Part shown: positions 1 through 10,221 of the stretch, piece after piece
Position numbering within the stretch: position 1 is the first letter of the stretch
How the letters are laid out: each line of letters opens with the position of its first letter
IMG/VR virus record: IMGVR_UViG_3300034683_000137
DNA: 64,000 bases
Direction: 5' to 3' (one strand)
Origin: an uncultured virus (IMG/VR IMGVR_UViG_3300034683_000137)
Lineage: Duplodnaviria > Heunggongvirae > Uroviricota > Caudoviricetes
Notes under the pieces: model-generated
Told to the model about the DNA's origin: nothing
The model's database searches: none
The model's input: only the letters and a program-made list of their open reading frames with translations
Translations under genes and position numbers: made by a program

Positions 1-155
1 TGTTCTAACAATTTTAATAGAAATGTCTGACTATCTTTTTTATATTCATCGAGTCTATCATCATTGTCAGTACATACCAATGCTGCTTCTACAGCTATAT
101 TAATTGGAGTATAATATAACAATTTAACACGTATATCATCATAATCAACAAACAT
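1..155 (-). CDS. 5' part of a gene running off the window; possible ThyX (flavin-dependent thymidylate synthase) N-terminus
   Basis: SD AAGGAG then ATG at 155; MFVDYDDIRVKLLYYTPINIAVEAALVCTD...FLLKLLE resembles ThyX N-termini, but the diagnostic motifs lie outside the window. Confidence 0.4.
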   Translation of the reverse strand, partial: MFVDYDDIRVKLLYYTPINIAVEAALVCTDNDDRLDEYKKDSQTFLLKLLE

Positions 156-160
156 AATTA

Positions 161-487
161 TCACTCCTTATCATTTCTTTTCATATTATTTAAATACTTC
201 TTTAATTCAAATATCTTTGATAAAACGATAGTTTTTTGCTCAATAGAAAGATTAGGATCAGTCAATTTATTCTCTAACTCTTTTAACATATACACATTAT
301 CATCTACTTGTCGATTATTCTGTTTAGTAGGTTCATTTACTTCAAGAGAATTAGCAATATTGATAAGAACATTGTTTAATGTGTTAAAATTCTCAAGTAA
401 TCTCTGCTTATCATCAGATAAAGCAGCAAGTAATACAGATGTCATAGACTTAATCAAGATCTCTAAACCATTAGTAGATAATATCAT
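161..487 (-). CDS. hypothetical protein
   Basis: 108-aa ORF with SD AAGGAGGG. Confidence 0.7.
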   Translation of the reverse strand: MILSTNGLEILIKSMTSVLLAALSDDKQRLLENFNTLNNVLINIANSLEVNEPTKQNNRQVDDNVYMLKELENKLTDPNLSIEQKTIVLSKIFELKKYLNNMKRNDKE

Positions 488-563
488 ATTATCCCTCCTT
501 ATAAAAGAATAAAATATAACTAATCTAATTTATCATATACACAAAAGTACGTGATAAATTAGA

Positions 564-1028
564 TTAATTCTTATTTACTATAAATGGTGCAGTCGCTACT
601 AATAACTTCAAATTAACTTTTTCATTATTTTTAATACAGAATACTTTAGCTATCAATGTTGCTTTACCAGCTACTTTTTCATATTTATTGCTGGTAAATA
701 ACATGAAATGCTTTGCTACTGAGGATGATAAAGGACGAGGGTTTTCAAGACAAAAATATTCTCGTTCTTTTTCTTCTTTATTCTCTCCAACAAACACCCT
801 CTCCTTCATTTTTCTAACATCCCAAATATACTTACAAATATCATCTGTAGACAACTTAGGTGTATGAAAGCGATATCGCCCAACACAGATGGCATTAGTA
901 TTATCATTGCTTAAGCTAATACCATCCATAATGTAAATGTACCCCTTCTTTGTTTCTTTCCATAACCTCAATGGAAAGTTATGAAAAGAAACATCATTCC
1001 ACTTCTGTAACAATTCTCTCTTAGCCAT
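564..1028 (-). CDS. hypothetical protein
   Basis: SD AGGAGG before ATG at 1028 (MAKRELL...), preferred over the upstream start in the ORF track. Confidence 0.7.
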   Translation of the reverse strand: MAKRELLQKWNDVSFHNFPLRLWKETKKGYIYIMDGISLSNDNTNAICVGRYRFHTPKLSTDDICKYIWDVRKMKERVFVGENKEEKEREYFCLENPRPLSSSVAKHFMLFTSNKYEKVAGKATLIAKVFCIKNNEKVNLKLLVATAPFIVNKN

Positions 1029-1100
1029 TATTTTACCTCCTCTAAAATATAATAATTTTGATGATACAAGAAACAATAAATAATGTACCAGGGACACAAC

Positions 1101-1173
1101 AAAAATCAGATACTTACACTATGCAAGAGATATCATTTAAATATATCCCACATAGTGTAAGTATCTGATTTTT
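1101..1173. repeat. 23-bp perfect inverted repeat (stem-loop)
   Basis: AAAAATCAGATACTTACACTATG at 1101-1123 and its reverse complement at 1151-1173. Confidence 0.85.
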
Positions 1174-1291
1174 ATTTAGATAAATATTTAGTGAAAGAAT
1201 TAATCAGTAGAAGATGTAAATTCTTCATAGCTATTAAGCGCATATATCAATGTATATAGCTTTTTTAATATTCTTAATTCTCCAACGTAAA

Positions 1292-1471
1292 TCATTTAAC
1301 TTCTTTATGTCCATTTCCATTCCTCCCTTTAAGGTATATGTTTAAAGATGAAGATGAAACCCAATTTCCATCTTCATCTTTAATCCAAAATAATTGGTGC
1401 CTAGCATCTGAAGATCTTATTTGATCAACAGACACTAGGCACCAATTGCCATTGCTATCTTTGTACCACAT
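1292..1471 (-). CDS. small hypothetical protein with two WxKDxxGNW repeats
   Basis: WYKDSNGNW and WIKDEDGNW; lies just downstream of the conserved 20-bp motif. Confidence 0.55.
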   Translation of the reverse strand: MWYKDSNGNWCLVSVDQIRSSDARHQLFWIKDEDGNWVSSSSLNIYLKGRNGNGHKEVK

Positions 1472-1533
1472 TTCACAACCCCCCAATTTTTTTATTGCGA
1501 GATTATGAAAAGTGATACAACAATATTACTCTT

Positions 1534-1553
1534 TCATTATAATAATATATATG
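1534..1553 (-). promoter_or_regulatory. conserved phage promoter-like motif CATATATATTATTATAATGA (copy 1 of 3)
   Basis: identical 20-mers at 1534-1553, 39711-39730 and 39925-39944, all intergenic. Confidence 0.65.
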
Positions 1554-1558
1554 AGAAT

Positions 1559-2098
1559 TTACACATTATATTTACTTTTTATCATATTTACCCAGTATAT
1601 TATCTCATTGATAGTAGGCATTGATTTAATTCCACATGCTTTTTTAATATTGGTATCATATATCAATTGCAATATTTGCATTGGAGTATATTTAACAATA
1701 TCTTTCTCATTTTTAATACCAGCGAGTTGCAATACACGCCAATATGGCTCTCTTATTATTATCTTTGGTTGAACTGGTTGAGCTGGTTGTTGTTTTTCCT
1801 CTTTTTTATTAATAGTTGTGGTTTCAATTTCTTTTACAGGTTTTTCCTTTTTTTCCATTAATTGTTCTGGTTCTTCTTTTAGTTTTTTATCAGTAGTATT
1901 GGAAAGCAATAAATTGGCCCTATTGATCCATTTTTGTATTGTAGGAATACTAATTCCTGTTTTAGTGCTCAGTTCTTCAATGTGGGCTTTACTATCACAA
2001 ACAGCAAGTAAATCTTCAACTGTAAGTATATTATATTTGCGTAATATTTCCCTTTTCCTATCACCAATACCTTTAATTTCAGATATATCTATAGACAT
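1559..2098 (-). CDS. helix-hairpin-helix (DUF4332-like) protein
   Basis: ISEIKGIGDRKREILRKYNILTVEDLL HhH; C-terminal LQLAGI...MPTINEIIYWV. Confidence 0.7.
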   Translation of the reverse strand: MSIDISEIKGIGDRKREILRKYNILTVEDLLAVCDSKAHIEELSTKTGISIPTIQKWINRANLLLSNTTDKKLKEEPEQLMEKKEKPVKEIETTTINKKEEKQQPAQPVQPKIIIREPYWRVLQLAGIKNEKDIVKYTPMQILQLIYDTNIKKACGIKSMPTINEIIYWVNMIKSKYNV

Positions 2099-2121
2099 TA
2101 ATAATAACCTCCTCTTATCTA

Positions 2122-2892
2122 TTATAAATGTGTCTCATTACTAGTACTTGCTGAATTTAAATATATATTATTTGCAGCTTGTATATAAATATCTCCTGAT
2201 GCTGCAAATCTTATATAACTTCCTGATGCATGTTTTATCTTTATCTCTTTATTTGCTGAATCTAATAAGATAAATTGTCCAGATTGGTCTTTCATTATAA
2301 CATATTCTTGACCTGCCTTCTCCCATATTTCAATGTAAGCTGAATCAGATGGTAATCTGGGATCATTTGTTTTATTACGTTTACCCCTCTTTTTATATTT
2401 ACCACGTATTATTATACCTTCATCATCAGGATCATCAGATATAAGAATCTGTCTACCTTTAGGTGTCTTTATAATCGTCCACTTATTCCAGTATTCAGAT
2501 CCATATGTATTTTCCACTGGAATAGATGCTGGATTATCTACCAAATTAAGTCCTGCAATATATTTGGGTCTATTAAAATCACCTTCATCAAATCTAATTA
2601 ATACATAACTCCCCTTAGGTGGTATTAAACATGACCCACAATCATCTATACCTGTCTCCTGTGATTCTGAATTACCTGTAAAGAAATTGTTTTCAGGCAT
2701 AGCCCATATACCTTGTGATTCATCTACTGAATCCATCATTAATGCAGGTATCCATACTTTAATTCTGCCTTGTTTCTTTGGATCCTTTACACTTACTACT
2801 TTAGCAGAATATAAATTAGTTGCTTTAATTTCTTTTTTAAAGTCTTGAGCATTACTTGCTGCTATTTTGTCAAAATATTCTCTAGTTGGCAA
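2122..2892 (-). CDS. baseplate hub/spike protein (gp5/gpV-like OB fold plus beta-helix)
   Basis: VVSVKDPKKQGRIKVWIP, IPPKGSYVLIRFDEGDFNRPKY, IKHASGSYI repeats. Confidence 0.85.
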   Translation of the reverse strand: MPTREYFDKIAASNAQDFKKEIKATNLYSAKVVSVKDPKKQGRIKVWIPALMMDSVDESQGIWAMPENNFFTGNSESQETGIDDCGSCLIPPKGSYVLIRFDEGDFNRPKYIAGLNLVDNPASIPVENTYGSEYWNKWTIIKTPKGRQILISDDPDDEGIIIRGKYKKRGKRNKTNDPRLPSDSAYIEIWEKAGQEYVIMKDQSGQFILLDSANKEIKIKHASGSYIRFAASGDIYIQAANNIYLNSASTSNETHL

Positions 2893-2918
2893 TATTGATC
2901 ATCCCCAATTATCTTATA

Positions 2919-3848
2919 CTATACTATTCCTGAAAATATATCATCTATAGTGTTCTGATCATAATTGATATATTGATTATTATAATTCTCCACTACCATA
3001 TCTTCATATACCTTAGCTTTGTTAGCTTTCATTATTTCTAGAAGCCACATATTGATATCATCAACATCTTTAGGTATATCTAATTGAAAAACACCTTTAG
3101 AGAAAAAGTTATTACCATCTAATCGTTCTGCTATTTTACCAGCAAGGATTGACTGGGAATACATATTTATTTTTATTTTGCCATCTTGGGAATAATCCCA
3201 TAATGCTATTAAGATTACTTCTGTCTCATATTTGGTCAATATCTTATCCACAATCATATCATTGATATTATAATGTGACCTGCATATAACAATTCCATCA
3301 TCATATGTTAAAAAATTATTACAATACTGTTCTACTATTAACTCTTTCTCTTTTATACTACGTGATACAAGATGTTGCTCATGTTTATTTAATGTCAAAT
3401 CTGGATTGATTATAAATCTATAAATGAACTGTTCATTGCCTAAAACATTATATAGCTCTTTAATATCTTGACTTGTTTCATTATATATAAATCCACAATT
3501 ATCAGCCATATTACAAATTGGAAGTACTACCTTTCTAATGTTATCATCTATTTTATCAGTTTTAGATAGATATTCGTATAACAATCTAGTATTAGATTTA
3601 TCACCATATATGAAATTACTAAACCCATCAAAAAACTCTTTACTTGTTTTAGTATTATTAATAATAACTACATTATCTGGAATTGGAACACTTATATGAG
3701 AATATCCTATTAGTATATCAGGCTCAGCTGATACAAGGAATATATTTATATTTCTTGGAGAAACTGTATAGAAATCCATCTTACTTGTAATATGATAGTA
3801 TATAACCTGAGAGAAAGCACAATCAACACCATAATTAGTTATCAACAT
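2919..3848 (-). CDS. degenerate DHH/DHHA1 phosphoesterase-like protein
   Basis: layout resembles phage DHH proteins, but motif I reads NYGVDC and the DHH triad is absent. Confidence 0.4.
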   Translation of the reverse strand: MLITNYGVDCAFSQVIYYHITSKMDFYTVSPRNINIFLVSAEPDILIGYSHISVPIPDNVVIINNTKTSKEFFDGFSNFIYGDKSNTRLLYEYLSKTDKIDDNIRKVVLPICNMADNCGFIYNETSQDIKELYNVLGNEQFIYRFIINPDLTLNKHEQHLVSRSIKEKELIVEQYCNNFLTYDDGIVICRSHYNINDMIVDKILTKYETEVILIALWDYSQDGKIKINMYSQSILAGKIAERLDGNNFFSKGVFQLDIPKDVDDINMWLLEIMKANKAKVYEDMVVENYNNQYINYDQNTIDDIFSGIV

Positions 3849-3888
3849 TTGGATTTATCTCTCCTTTTAATAATATGATGATATATGA

Positions 3889-4572
3889 TTATTTAATAAG
3901 TTCTAGATCACTAACTGCAGTCCAAGGTACCATAGCCCAAACAAGAGTACTTGGACCATCTTTTATTTCTTTTGTAGTATAATGACCATTATCAATGGCA
4001 TCTATTATATCCTTTATCTTAGCTACTGCTATATGAGAAATCCTTTCATTGATTTTAAAGCGTTCCATATTCTTCTTAAGATGACGTTCTATATCTTCTA
4101 CTTTCCAATCTTTTGCAAGATACCATTCAATTAAACGTCTCAAATCTTCTTGTACAATAGATTGAATAAAATAGGTTGGTATAATGAGAAACTCTTTCTG
4201 AAATTGCTTTGAATTCTCTATATATCGTTTCCATTTTTCATATTCTGCTTCATATGTACTACGATGTAATTTAATCTGAAAATAATACTTTGGAGTATTA
4301 GTATAAAAACATATTCTATTGGATGTTGCAAATGTAGTCAATTTAGCACGCTCATTCTTTGCAAAGTGAAAATGATCAATACCATAAATAATATCAAATT
4401 TAGAAAATATATTATCCTGAGTATCCATATCTTCTAAGCTAAAGACAGCTGTTTTAAAATGATTGGAGACATAATCACGTATAATCACTTTGTCAATGAT
4501 TCTGCTAACATTCTTTCTACGTGTTCTATCCTGTATGTAGGAATTGGAAACCATTATTACAATTACCTCCAT
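3889..4572 (-). CDS. hypothetical protein
   Basis: 227-aa ORF. Confidence 0.7.
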   Translation of the reverse strand: MEVIVIMVSNSYIQDRTRRKNVSRIIDKVIIRDYVSNHFKTAVFSLEDMDTQDNIFSKFDIIYGIDHFHFAKNERAKLTTFATSNRICFYTNTPKYYFQIKLHRSTYEAEYEKWKRYIENSKQFQKEFLIIPTYFIQSIVQEDLRRLIEWYLAKDWKVEDIERHLKKNMERFKINERISHIAVAKIKDIIDAIDNGHYTTKEIKDGPSTLVWAMVPWTAVSDLELIK

Positions 4573-4663
4573 AGATAATTATAATTTCAAATACTAAAGA
4601 ATAGTTTATTAGGTTAATATGTAATATATACTATTTTAATTATAGCATTGTGAGTTTCTAATG

Positions 4664-6217
4664 TCAATCCTCAAAGAATACTCCCTTTTCATACTGCTGC
4701 TTTATGATATCCTTGAAAAAGGAAAACTTATCTTCAGGTTGCATCTCATTCTCTATCCATTTCTGGAAACTCAAATCAGCTTTAGCCATCTTTGGAGCAG
4801 CAGATTCTGATGGAGCATATTCTAAATTTATAGGAACATTATCTCTCTTAATAAGTGCATTAACTTTCTTGCACATAAAATCACCTATTTTAGTAGCAGC
4901 AACAATACCATCTTCAGAAAGTAATCCCTTTGAATAACCCATATTCATAAGAGATTCATGTCCACCACAAATAGATATAACATTAAAATAAGAATCTAGA
5001 GATTGATTATAAAAGAAAAAGTAAGGATATAGTTCTTTATGCGCTTCTATAAAACGTCTCTTAGCCTGAGCTAATTCTTCAGCTTTCTCCATAAGATCAT
5101 CTAAAATAGTGAAATATATATCCCAATCACCTTGAGCTATATATCCAATTCTATTTAGATTAATATTAAATACACCAACACCACCCACACCAGAGCCACT
5201 TCTAAATATACCACTATTTATCTTTAATATATCCTCTAAAGAGACTTGAAATCTACAACAAAATGATTTCTGCATCTCCATATTTCTAGCTTTAATATAC
5301 TTGTTTAATTGTTTATACTTGCTATCTTCAAGAAATGGTTTGGTTCTATAATTTTCAAAATATACTCCGCCCCATTTGTCCATTTCTTCAAGCAGCATAT
5401 TAAATACTTCATTATCAAAATCAAAATTATCAGTTATATTGACTGTAATCAAAGGAAAACTGAATGGTTTTCCACTATTATCTCCTTTTGCAAAAGTCTC
5501 TATAAATGCTTTATTCACTTCATCATAATATTTTGCAGGTACATCTGAATACTTATAATCTCTATTAAGTTTAATCTCTGTATTTCCTGAACGTATAACA
5601 GTATTTTTAATTAAATGGTTTCCACCAAATACAATAAATTCATCCTTTAAAGCAGCATCTGGTCCTCCAAATGCCATTGTGATATTAGAAAAGGAACTAT
5701 TACCAGCTCTAAAAGGAACATTAATTTCAAATATAAAATGCTGCCATGCATTAATTAGATCTTGATAATCAACATTTCTGTTTAGTAACTCTCTTTCAAC
5801 AAACAGGTAAGCTGCTACTACTGTTGTAATATCATTTATAGCACAAGCACCATGTATTTCTTGAGAAATTAATGCAATAAAATTACTGCACTGACCTAAA
5901 AGACTATGTACATGCTTGGGAGGTGCTGTCTTTAATCCATTTACAGCTGTGGAATTAAGTCCTTTCATAGCTATATCTTCAGCAGAATATCCTGAACAAT
6001 ATGGACCTAATATGCTCAAATTATGTATATATAGCCATCCTTCTTCATGCAATTTATTTGCATATGATGGGTATACCTTTTCAAACCAATATTCTTTACT
6101 TGCTTCACCATATAATGTTGAATTAAGTGCAGGTAAAGAATAAACCAAATTACTATTATGCCTGGAAATGTCATCCCTATTAAGATATTTGTCAACTATT
6201 TCAGTATACTTTGACAT
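4664..6217 (-). CDS. nrdD: anaerobic (class III) ribonucleotide reductase, N-terminal fragment
   Basis: LYIHNLSILGPYC, SFPLITVN, SFCCRF finger-loop Cys, GVGVFNINLNRI, LEYAPSESAA; lacks the Zn ribbon and glycyl-radical C-terminus. Confidence 0.92.
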   Translation of the reverse strand: MSKYTEIVDKYLNRDDISRHNSNLVYSLPALNSTLYGEASKEYWFEKVYPSYANKLHEEGWLYIHNLSILGPYCSGYSAEDIAMKGLNSTAVNGLKTAPPKHVHSLLGQCSNFIALISQEIHGACAINDITTVVAAYLFVERELLNRNVDYQDLINAWQHFIFEINVPFRAGNSSFSNITMAFGGPDAALKDEFIVFGGNHLIKNTVIRSGNTEIKLNRDYKYSDVPAKYYDEVNKAFIETFAKGDNSGKPFSFPLITVNITDNFDFDNEVFNMLLEEMDKWGGVYFENYRTKPFLEDSKYKQLNKYIKARNMEMQKSFCCRFQVSLEDILKINSGIFRSGSGVGGVGVFNINLNRIGYIAQGDWDIYFTILDDLMEKAEELAQAKRRFIEAHKELYPYFFFYNQSLDSYFNVISICGGHESLMNMGYSKGLLSEDGIVAATKIGDFMCKKVNALIKRDNVPINLEYAPSESAAPKMAKADLSFQKWIENEMQPEDKFSFFKDIIKQQYEKGVFFED

Positions 6218-6246
6218 GATAATTATATCCTCCTTAAATAATTTTA

Positions 6247-6870
6247 TTATTGTACATTGTTAAATGTATAATATGTGTTCACAAAATGTGGTGACGTAAA
6301 ATTATCCTTCATATATGTAGTTATACAAGATAAAAGCTCATTTGACAATATGGGATATCTAACTGTCCTAAATAAACTAAAAGGCATACCATCAACCATC
6401 TTCATAGTCTTAAGTATAGCACCTTTATCAATATCTTTTGTACCAGTTATCTTTTGCAAAATATTATCATGATCTTCTAACCAATATGGAAACTTGACGT
6501 CTACAGCAAATCCATCTACTAATCCTTCTTCTTTTACCTGTTTCACTAATTCAGGAGAAGTACCATTGGTATCTAATCTAATTGGTTTCTCTATATTCTG
6601 CCTAAGGTATCTCAAAGCATCTATAAATTCATCACCCTGAATAAGAGGTTCTCCACCAGTAATAATTAATAATTCAACAAGTGGGTTCTTAGCAGCTTGA
6701 ATTATATCTTCCATTGTATATGATACCAGATCTTTGCCTTTTAATAAATACTTCATATTATGGCAACCCCAGCAATTCCAATTACAGAATCTGGTATAAA
6801 CAACAGCAGAAATTGTCTCAGGATGATCAACTAAAGAACATTGTAAATTAAAAAACATTGGTTCACGCAT
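6247..6870 (-). CDS. nrdG: anaerobic RNR activase (radical SAM)
   Basis: SLVDHP, CNWNCWGCHN (CxxxCxxC), ITGGEP, LDTNG. Confidence 0.92.
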   Translation of the reverse strand: MREPMFFNLQCSLVDHPETISAVVYTRFCNWNCWGCHNMKYLLKGKDLVSYTMEDIIQAAKNPLVELLIITGGEPLIQGDEFIDALRYLRQNIEKPIRLDTNGTSPELVKQVKEEGLVDGFAVDVKFPYWLEDHDNILQKITGTKDIDKGAILKTMKMVDGMPFSLFRTVRYPILSNELLSCITTYMKDNFTSPHFVNTYYTFNNVQ

Positions 6871-6912
6871 GTAACATTACCTCCCAATAAAAGTTATTCT
6901 ACTATTACAGAA

Positions 6913-7320
6913 TTAGTCTTTAAGAATATTATTAACTTTTTTTACTAAGTTTTCTATATCATGATCTTCTGGAAACATCTTATAAAGAATTAAAACTAAA
7001 TTACTAAGATTATTATCAACATCAATCCAAATTGATAATGACTCTAGTTCATCTTTAATGCTAGCATGTATTAATTCACGAGATGATGTATTACTTTGTA
7101 TATATTTAGATAACTTAATTATATGTTTACTAATAAAATATAACAACTGTTTATCTGGTATATCAATAAATTCAGCTCTTTTAAGTATATTTACTAATGA
7201 ATAAAGAATGGGTGTAGAGGTCTTTGCTGATGCCATTATGCGTAATAGTATATCTGGATAGATTTCATCTTCAATTAGTATAGATATAGCTTTAATCAGA
7301 TACAAATTGCATTCACCCAT
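6913..7320 (-). CDS. hypothetical protein
   Basis: 135-aa ORF between the nrdD C-fragment and nrdG. Confidence 0.65.
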   Translation of the reverse strand: MGECNLYLIKAISILIEDEIYPDILLRIMASAKTSTPILYSLVNILKRAEFIDIPDKQLLYFISKHIIKLSKYIQSNTSSRELIHASIKDELESLSIWIDVDNNLSNLVLILYKMFPEDHDIENLVKKVNNILKD

Positions 7321-7344
7321 TCTTTCTTTTCATACGCTCCTTTA

Positions 7345-8301
7345 TTATAACTTATTTCTGTCTACCCAATCAACACGTCTAGCATCTTGCCAATAATTTT
7401 CATCACCATTTATCATATTATTCTCTATGCGTATATGTCCTGATATGATTGGTCTTACATATCCAATTATTCTGGCATATATCATCATATGATCAGCGTC
7501 TTTGCAATTAGGACATACATAATGTTCTCCTACAAACTTAGAATGACAGCTATTACATACACTCAATACTGGTGACAATGTAATATAATTAATTGGCATA
7601 TCGAATAACTTATCAATTATATCCTTTTTTAATTTTTCAGACACTTTAGCTCCAAGAAAGACATGTTCTATAGAGTTTCCACACCAAACAGGGATACCAC
7701 ATTCTCTTTTAACATACAAAACATGATTAGGAACTTCAACACAATATACTTTTCCTTTATATGGTACTCGTTCTATACTCTGTACTTTTAAAGACGCATG
7801 CTCTGTTTCTGCAGTTGGAATAAATATATGTTCCCCTTTTTGAAACATTTCTTCTACCATTGATGCTTGCATAATTCTATATTTTCCATTTTTATCTATT
7901 ATTACCATATTATGATCTTTTGTAACCATTATATCCAGTACAGTACTTTTAAAATGAATTAATTCTTCATCAATATCGAAATCAAATTTCTTTATAGCAT
8001 GTTGTAACTGAATCCTATTACTCTCAATATTAAAAGTGTAAAAACGATCTTCATCAATATCTACATCTTTGAAATACTTCCATCCATTATCTGTTCTGAC
8101 TTTTGTTTTGTCATCATAACAACCACCACTACTGAAAGGTTGTGTATATGCTGATATCTCACTTCTATATATCAAATCAGCATCAGTTGGTGGTTGTAAA
8201 CCAGAAGTCATATATACATTATTACTCTCAATATCACCCTGTACAAAACATTTTTTTACTTTCTTCTGTCCATCCATTTTATATAATACCTCCTCGTGCA
8301 T
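7345..8301 (-). CDS. nrdD: class III RNR C-terminal fragment (Zn ribbon and glycyl-radical loop) with a mini-intein
   Basis: YMTSG...QPFSSGG|intein|SIEHVFLG, YITLSP, CNSC/CPNC, YARIIGYVRP. Confidence 0.9.
   Translation of the reverse strand: MHEEVLYKMDGQKKVKKCFVQGDIESNNVYMTSGLQPPTDADLIYRSEISAYTQPFSSGGCYDDKTKVRTDNGWKYFKDVDIDEDRFYTFNIESNRIQLQHAIKKFDFDIDEELIHFKSTVLDIMVTKDHNMVIIDKNGKYRIMQASMVEEMFQKGEHIFIPTAETEHASLKVQSIERVPYKGKVYCVEVPNHVLYVKRECGIPVWCGNSIEHVFLGAKVSEKLKKDIIDKLFDMPINYITLSPVLSVCNSCHSKFVGEHYVCPNCKDADHMMIYARIIGYVRPIISGHIRIENNMINGDENYWQDARRVDWVDRNKL
7675..8121 (-). mobile_element. cis mini-intein (149 aa, no endonuclease) in the nrdD C-fragment
   Basis: block A CYDDKTKVRT, block B VTKDHNM, block F VYCVEVPNH, ends WCGN followed by Ser+1. 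Confidence 0.9.
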
Positions 8302-9664
8302 ACTCTATAAACTTATCTATATTATCCAGATCAGCATTAACATATTTAAATCCAAATTGTTTGTAATAGCGAAGCCTATATTCTCTCATCTTCTTCAATG
8401 GTTCATATTCACTATTAACTATATCTATTACAAACGCCTTTTTATCTGCAGATGTATATCTACTGATTCTCCCTATGCTTTGCATTAAACTGTTCTTATT
8501 AGTTATAGGAGTTATATAAATTAAAGTATTCAAACGTGGAACATCCATTCCTTCTTTAAACATTCCATATGTAGCTAGTATACATTGTTTAGAATAATCT
8601 TTTTCCTCTACAGAAGAATGTACTATAGATATCTTATGTTTATATTGACATTTATCATATATCATATACAAAAGATCTATCATTGCACTCAATCCTAAAA
8701 TTTGTAAATCTAATTTTATTAAATCATCTATTGTCTTAGCTATCTGACGTATATAAACATCCTGTTTCTTAAGAAACTTACAATAGCGTGTTATTATGCT
8801 GTTGTCATTAGACCACTCAATATACTTCTTATATCCTTGAGATATATACAATGGTATGTCTACTAGTCCAACATATACAGGAACATTTAACTTACTATCA
8901 TCAAATATAATTGGGCCTATAAACCAATTCAATAATTGTCCAAGACCATCTGATCTATATGGCGTAGCAGACAATCCATATAGTCTTTTAGAGAATATAG
9001 TCTTAATACTTGTTGAAAATGTTGGTGCTGCTGCTGTTATATGACATTCATCATAAAAAGTAACACCAAAATTAGCTTCATACATACTTTTAATAAAGGC
9101 TTTATCATTGTTTTTAACTCTTCTGAATAGAGTTTGAACAGTAGCAATACAAATAGGTTTATTAAATTCTTGCTTTCTGCCAGATATGATACCAATATCA
9201 TCAGCAGTGAGAGATGTAAATTGGACTATTCTCTCAATCCACTGATCTATAAGTGCTGTTTTATTGACTACAATTAATGCCTTCTTTTTGATTCTAGATA
9301 TAGCATCTATGGCAACATATGTTTTTCCAAAACCAACTTTAGCTGCTACTAAACCATGATCATTATTAACTATGGCTTCTATTGCTAACCTTTGAGCTTC
9401 ACTTTGAGGAGCATAATTTGGTTTAATTTTTAAATCTATATCTTCACCATGTGTAGTTAGATCTGTAGCCTGTTTATCAGTAAAATAATAGCGTGGAACT
9501 CTATACATTATAGTACCATTAAATTCTACTTGTTCATAAAACCATAATACATCAGCATCATTAAATAGTACTAACTTTTGAGCATCCACGCTATCTAATT
9601 CTGAAGTATAAAACATATCCAAAATAAAATTATCATTTTTGATCATAATTGGATTAACCCCCAT
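8279..9664 (-). CDS. superfamily 2 helicase (UvsW-like)
   Basis: AKVGFGKT, YDECH, LSATPYRSDG, EGMDVP, QSIGRISR. Confidence 0.9.
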   Translation of the reverse strand: MGVNPIMIKNDNFILDMFYTSELDSVDAQKLVLFNDADVLWFYEQVEFNGTIMYRVPRYYFTDKQATDLTTHGEDIDLKIKPNYAPQSEAQRLAIEAIVNNDHGLVAAKVGFGKTYVAIDAISRIKKKALIVVNKTALIDQWIERIVQFTSLTADDIGIISGRKQEFNKPICIATVQTLFRRVKNNDKAFIKSMYEANFGVTFYDECHITAAAPTFSTSIKTIFSKRLYGLSATPYRSDGLGQLLNWFIGPIIFDDSKLNVPVYVGLVDIPLYISQGYKKYIEWSNDNSIITRYCKFLKKQDVYIRQIAKTIDDLIKLDLQILGLSAMIDLLYMIYDKCQYKHKISIVHSSVEEKDYSKQCILATYGMFKEGMDVPRLNTLIYITPITNKNSLMQSIGRISRYTSADKKAFVIDIVNSEYEPLKKMREYRLRYYKQFGFKYVNADLDNIDKFIEYARGGII

Positions 9665-9679
9665 TACTTATTTAAATAA

Positions 9680-10174
9680 TTATTTTGTATCTAGTAAACT
9701 TGCATTCAATTCATTGATAAATTCTTCTTCTTGTTTAGTAATAACTTTTAAGTGATAATATGTATCAGGTGGTATATATTTATTATTACGCAAATATAAA
9801 GGAAATTTCAGTTTATTGACTAGTACTTCAATGCTAATATGGACATCTTTATCTTGCATTTGTTTCCACTTTCTTAAAGCACTTAGTATAAGGATAAAAT
9901 CATCAACATCAGTTATATATTTTCTAGTTATGAACATAGGTTCTCTTAATTCTTCAGTTTCAATGTTGCCTGTTTTCTCACCAGCTGCTGAAGAATGAAA
10001 TATTGGATTGGTAAATATTTTACTACCAATTCTACTGGGAAGCTCATCATCCATGAATGTTACAAAAGCTTCCCATATATTATTTAGTGTTTCCTGAGAA
10101 ATATCTTTGTCTTTAAAGATTATTGCTATTTTAGCTTTTGTCTGATTAATACTTAACATGACAATATCCCCCAC
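9680..10174 (-). CDS. hypothetical protein
   Basis: 164-aa ORF. Confidence 0.65.
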   Translation of the reverse strand: MGDIVMLSINQTKAKIAIIFKDKDISQETLNNIWEAFVTFMDDELPSRIGSKIFTNPIFHSSAAGEKTGNIETEELREPMFITRKYITDVDDFILILSALRKWKQMQDKDVHISIEVLVNKLKFPLYLRNNKYIPPDTYYHLKVITKQEEEFINELNASLLDTK

Positions 10175-10221
10175 ATATATATAATTATTGTTTAACTAAA
10201 TTACCGAGAAGTCCTCCACTT

